Translations under genes and position numbers: made by a program
The notes under the pieces: model-generated
Told to the model about the DNA's origin: nothing
What the model saw: only the letters and a program-made list of their open reading frames with translations
Databases searched by the model: none
DNA from: Scyliorhinus canicula
Taxonomy: Eukaryota
Length of the DNA stretch: 64,000 nt
Direction: 5' to 3'
Assembly: GCF_902713615.1 (NCBI RefSeq)
Contig: NC_052158.1
Location: 46,897,159 to 46,961,158 of the forward strand
Shown: positions 59,253-64,000 of the stretch, one piece after another
How the letters are laid out: each line of letters begins with the position of its first letter
Position numbering within the stretch: the stretch's first letter is position 1

Positions 59253-62200
59253 TGTGGTAAACACCACTGGTAACACACTATGTGTATTACGGTACTGCCA
59301 CTGTACTACAGTTAATACAGTACATCCCAGCATGCTGGCTCTTCCCAGCAGGCGTAGTATAAAAGTGTATGCTCTCCTGCGCTGCTCCCATTCTGGTTCC
59401 AGCTGCAGGAGGCTTAATATCTAGTGTAATAAAGCCTCAATAGTTCCACCATTTTGTCTCATTGTCATTGATGGTACATCAATTTATTAAACTAGAATTT
59501 TAGAGATGAACGTCTTAATCATGCCTGATCGCCTGGAGCTGAACCCTCGCGCACATCCATCTTTGAGCACTGGCTAGCCTGCTTTGAAGCATCCACAGAA
59601 GCCCTCTCGGACCCACAGAAGCTTCACCCTCTACTCACGGGTGAGCCCACAAGTTTTCCCCCTCATTCCAGATGCGCTCACCTACACGGAAGCGATGTCG
59701 CTACTAAAAGGACAGTACATCAGGACTGTGAATCAGGATTCTGCCAGGCACCTCCTGGCTACGAAACGGCAACTCCCGGAGGAGTCTCAGGACGATTTCT
59801 TGCATGCTCTGCGGATACTGGGTAGGAACTGTAATTGCCAGGCAGTGTCGGCAGTCTAACACACAGAACTGCTGATAAGAGATGCCTATGTCACAGGAAT
59901 TAAGTCCAATTACGTTCGCCAGCGGTTATTGGAAGAGGGTACGCTCGACATTACGGAGACTGTGCAGCTCGCGAACTCCCTAGAAGTGGCCTACTGCAAT
60001 CTAGAGGCCTACACCTCTGACTGCGTGGCATCCATGTGGGCACCATGGGCCACACCATCTTCCGACCCGAGTACACCGCAAGCCAGCCAACTCCGGAGGC
60101 CCCAAATGCTATTTTTGTGGCCAGAACAAACACCCCAGACAACGCTGTCCAGCGCCGAGTGCGACCTGCAACAGGTGTGGCAAGAGGGCCACTTTGTCTC
60201 CGTTTGCCAGGCCCTATCGGTCGCTGCCGTTTCCAAGCCCAGCATCGCTCCACCCCCCGCGTGCGATCCAGGGGCGCTGCCATCTTCGCCGCCCGCCACA
60301 TGTGGTCCGTGGGTACCGACATCTTAGCCTCAGGACCCTTGCTCACCTGGTCGTTCGCAGGCCACCGATACCTCTGCCGACCAGCCCACCGACTGCCAAC
60401 ATCTGCCGCAGCTCGCCTCCATCACCCTCGATCAGTCTCGGCCCTGCAACCTCGCGACCACTACGACGACTGTAAGGATCAACGGGCATGCGGTGACCTG
60501 CCTCTTCGACCCCGGGAGCACAGAGAGTTTCACCCGCCCTGCTATGGTAAGGCGCTTCTCCCTCCCGGTCCTCCCCGTCACCCAGAAAATCTCCCTGGCC
60601 TCCGGATCTCATTCCGTACAGATCCAGGGCTACTGCATTCTGACCCTCTCCATACAGGGTGTAGAGTACATCAACTTCAGACTCTATGTACTCCCCCACC
60701 TCTCCGTTGACCTGTTACTAGGTCTCGATTTTCAGTGCCACCTCCAAAGCCTTACTCTGAAGTTCAGCGGACCCCTGCCCCCCCCTCACCGTCTGTGGCC
60801 TCACGACCCTTAGGCCAATCCGCCCTCACTTTTCGCAAACCTCACCCCGGACTGCAAACCCGTCGCAATGAGGAGCAGACGGTACAGTGCACAGGACAGG
60901 ACCTTTATCAGGTTGGAGGTCCAACGGCTTGTGCGGGAGGGGGTCATTGAGGCCAGTAACAGCCCCTGGAAAGCTCAAGTGGTGGAAGTTAAGACTGGTG
61001 AGAAACACCGAATGGTCATCGACTACAGTCAGGCCATCAACCGGTAGACGCAGCTCGATGCGTATCCCCTCCAACGCATATCTGACATGGTCAATCAGAT
61101 TGCGCAGTATCGAGACGTCTCCACAGTTGACTTGAAGTCCACCTATCACCAGCTCCTCATCCGCCCCGAGGACCACCAATACACTGCATTCGAAGCAGAT
61201 GGCTGTCTCTGTCACTTCCTTAGAGTCCCCTTCGGTGTCACCAATGGGGTCCCGATCTTCCAGCAAGAGATGGACTGAATGGTTGACCAGTACGGGCCGC
61301 GGGCCATGTTCCCATACCTAGATAATGTCACCATCTGCGGCCACGACCAGCAGGACCACAATGCAAATCTCCAGAAATTCCTCCATAGCGTCAAATTCCT
61401 TAACCTTACCTACAATAATGAGAAATGCATTTTCCGCACCACCCGCTTAGCCATTCTTGGCTACGTTGTGAAAAATGGAGTCCTAGCACCTGACCCCGAC
61501 CACATGCGCCCCCATAGAACTCTCCCTCCCCCAATGCTGCAAGGCTCTGAAACAATGCCTGGGGTTTTTCTCATATTGCACCCAGTGGGTCCCTAATTAT
61601 GCGGACAAGGCCCGCCCACTCATCAAGTCCAGTTTTTCCCCTGACGGCTGATGCCCACTGGGCCTTCAACCACATCAAGGCGGACATGGCCAAAGCCACA
61701 ATGCACGCGGTTGACGAGACTCTCCCAAACAGGCGGGCAGACCCGTGGCTTTCTTCTTCCGCACCCTTCATGCCTCCGTAATGCGGCACTCCTCTGTCGA
61801 AAAGGAAGCCCAAGCCATTGTGGAAGCTGTGCGACATTGGCGGCATTACCTGGCCGGCAGGAGATTCACTCTCCTCACTGATCAACGGTCGGTTGCCTTC
61901 ATGTTTAGCAATACACAGCGGGGCAATATCAAGAATGACAAGATCTTGAGGTGGAGGATCCAGCCCTCCACCTATAACTATGAGATCTTATATCGCCCGG
62001 GGAAGCTCAATGAGTCCCAGATGCCCTATCCCGCAGTACATGTGCCAGCGCACAAGTGGACCGACTCCAGGCCCTCCACAATGACCTCTGCCACTCGGGG
62101 GTTCACCCGGTTCTTCTATTTTATCAAGGCCCGCAACCTGCCCTACTCCATCGAGGAGGCCAGGGCCGTGACCAGGGACTGCTAAGTCTGCGCGGCGTGC

Positions 62201-63244
62201 AAGCCGCACTACTACCGGCCAGACAGAGCTCATCTGGTGAAGGACTCCCGCCCCTTTGAGCACCTCAGCATGGACTTCATAGGGCCCTCCCCTCCACTGA
62301 CCGCAACGTGTACTTTTTCAATATCATTGATGAATACTCCCGCTTCCCTTTTGCCAGCCCATGCCCCGACATGACGGCTGCCACTGTCATCAAGGCCCTA
62401 CACAGCATCTTCACCTTGTTCGGTTTCCCCACCTATATCCATAGCGATCGGGGATCCTCCTTCATGAATGATGAGCTGCGTCAGTTCCTGCTCAGCAAGG
62501 GCATCATCTCGAGCAGAACGACCAACTACAACCCCCGGGGAAACGGGCAGGTGGAGAGGGAGAACGCGATGGTCTGGAAGGCCGTCCTGCTGGCCCTTCG
62601 GTCTAGGAATCTCCCGGTATCCCACTGGGAGGAGGTTCTCCCTGATGCGCTCTACTCCATACGATTGCTCCTGTGCACAGCTTCTAATGAGACCCCTCAC
62701 GAATGTGTGCTTGCCTTCCCGAGGAAGTCCACCTCCGGGGTCACGCTCCCAAACTGGCTGACAGTTCCTAGGCCCGTCCTCCTCTGGAAGCATGCGTGGA
62801 GTCATAAGTCGGATCCCCTTGTCGAAAAGGTCCTTCTCCTCCACGCAAATCCACAATACGCCTATGTGGCACATCATGACGGGGAACAGGACACAGTCTC
62901 CCTCCAGGACCTGGCACCCGCTGGGCCCCACCTACAACCACCACCACCCCTGACCTGGTACCGTCCCCTCCCCCTCCAGTTGCCTCCCCTGCCCCTGCAC
63001 CGTTCAACCTCCGACCAGCAACCCTCACCGCAGCCCCCACCCCAGCAGCATCTGTCCCCTCACCGGATCCACTACTGGGTGAAGGAGAGGACAACACGCT
63101 CCCGCATGTGCCGACATCGGCGCCCACACCACAACCAGGACTGCAGCGATCATGGCGGAGGGTCAAAGCCCCCGACAGACTCAATTTGTAACATTATTTT
63201 TCACCCCCGCCGGACTTTTTTTAAACAGGGGGTGAATGTGGTAA
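59253..63244 (+). mobile_element. Gypsy LTR retrotransposon B (same lineage as A, diverged); 3' LTR cut after 8 nt
   Basis: 5' LTR 59253-59481 TGTGGTAA..CATCA; DPGS protease, YLDN RT, EKEAQAIVEAVRHW RNase H, HSDRG integrase; PPT then TGTGGTAA at 63237. Confidence 0.95.
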
Positions 63245-64000
63245 TACAGCTGAAAATGATGCACAGAGCACATTTAACCAATTCCCAAATGAGCAGGTTC
63301 TTCCTGGAGGTGAAGGACAAATGCAAAAGGTGCCAGGGAGGTCCAGCTAACCACACCCACATATTCTGGGGAATGCCCAAGAGGTTGGATTCAGGACAGC
63401 CTCCTTCGAGGCAATGCCCGAGGTTATGGGATGAGGGTGGGGCCATTCCAGAAAGTGGCAGTCTTCAGGGTATCAGAACATTCAGAACTCCTTACGATGA
63501 TGGGGAGGTGACCTAGACTTTGTCGCCCTAATCTCCCTCTGAAAAATTCTAAGCTGGCGATCGGCAGCATTATCCGAAGCTACAGACTAGCTGGCAGACC
63601 TGTCAGATTTTCTCCAACTGGAGAAAATAGGGGCTCGCTTAGCTCACTAGGCTAAATCGCTGGCTTTTAAAGCAGACCAAGCAGGCCAGCAGCACGGTTC
63701 GATTCCCGCCCCAGCCTCCCCGGACAGGCGCCGGAATGTGGCGACTAGGGGCTTTTCACAGTAACTTCATTAAGCCTACTCGTGACAATAAGCGATTTGT
63801 ATTTTTTTCAAATTCAAATTGATATTTGGGGGTCGGAGGAGGGCTTCCAAACGATATGGAGGCCATTCGCCAACCTGTACCAGGACCTGTTTGCAGCTAA
63901 CAGCCAATAGAGCAAAGGGAGCAGGTGCCCATGGAAAGACCACAAACAGCAATGAAAATGGAGAGGAGGAGGGATTAATCGGGAGACACATAGACCACAC
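63245..64000 (+). mobile_element. L1 ORF2 C-terminal fragment with nested family-B SINE (63630-63800)
   Basis: QLKMMHRAHLT..CKRC..NHTHIFW (CCHC region). Confidence 0.8.

Noticed and set aside
62308-63516. Integrase-L1 CCHC fusion protein
   Set aside because: Chance read-through after a frameshift, across the PPT into an adjacent L1 fragment; upstream pol is broken.

Overview
Vertebrate, non-mammalian genomic DNA, most likely a cartilaginous fish (HE1-type V-SINEs with CR1-type tails, DeuSINE/SacSINE1-like pieces, and L1, CR1, Penelope and Gypsy families typical of sharks). The window is a segmentally duplicated cluster of KRAB-less C2H2 zinc-finger genes buried in transposons. It holds two open ZNF ORFs (11404-12297 minus, 10 fingers; 35689-38784 plus, 37 finger units) and about five pseudogenes or remnants. 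They share one copied architecture: a CRE/CACCC/ETS promoter, exon 1 ending in ATG|GTGAGT, a 39-nt microexon (5 copies, all AG/GT intact), then one large finger exon. Most notable: (1) two diverged Gypsy elements lack a tRNA PBS; instead the leader is complementary to the LTR's own poly(A)-signal region, with different sequence but the same geometry in each, suggesting self-priming or poly(A) occlusion. (2) An uninterrupted two-exon Harbinger Myb/SANT-like ORF is phase-compatible with the ZNF exon-1 ATG. (3) A CpG promoter carries a ZNF143/THAP11-type motif. (4) A Penelope-type minimal hammerhead ribozyme motif. (5) Higher-order repeats in the 37-finger array. All calls were made by eye; repeat boundaries are approximate and no database was searched.
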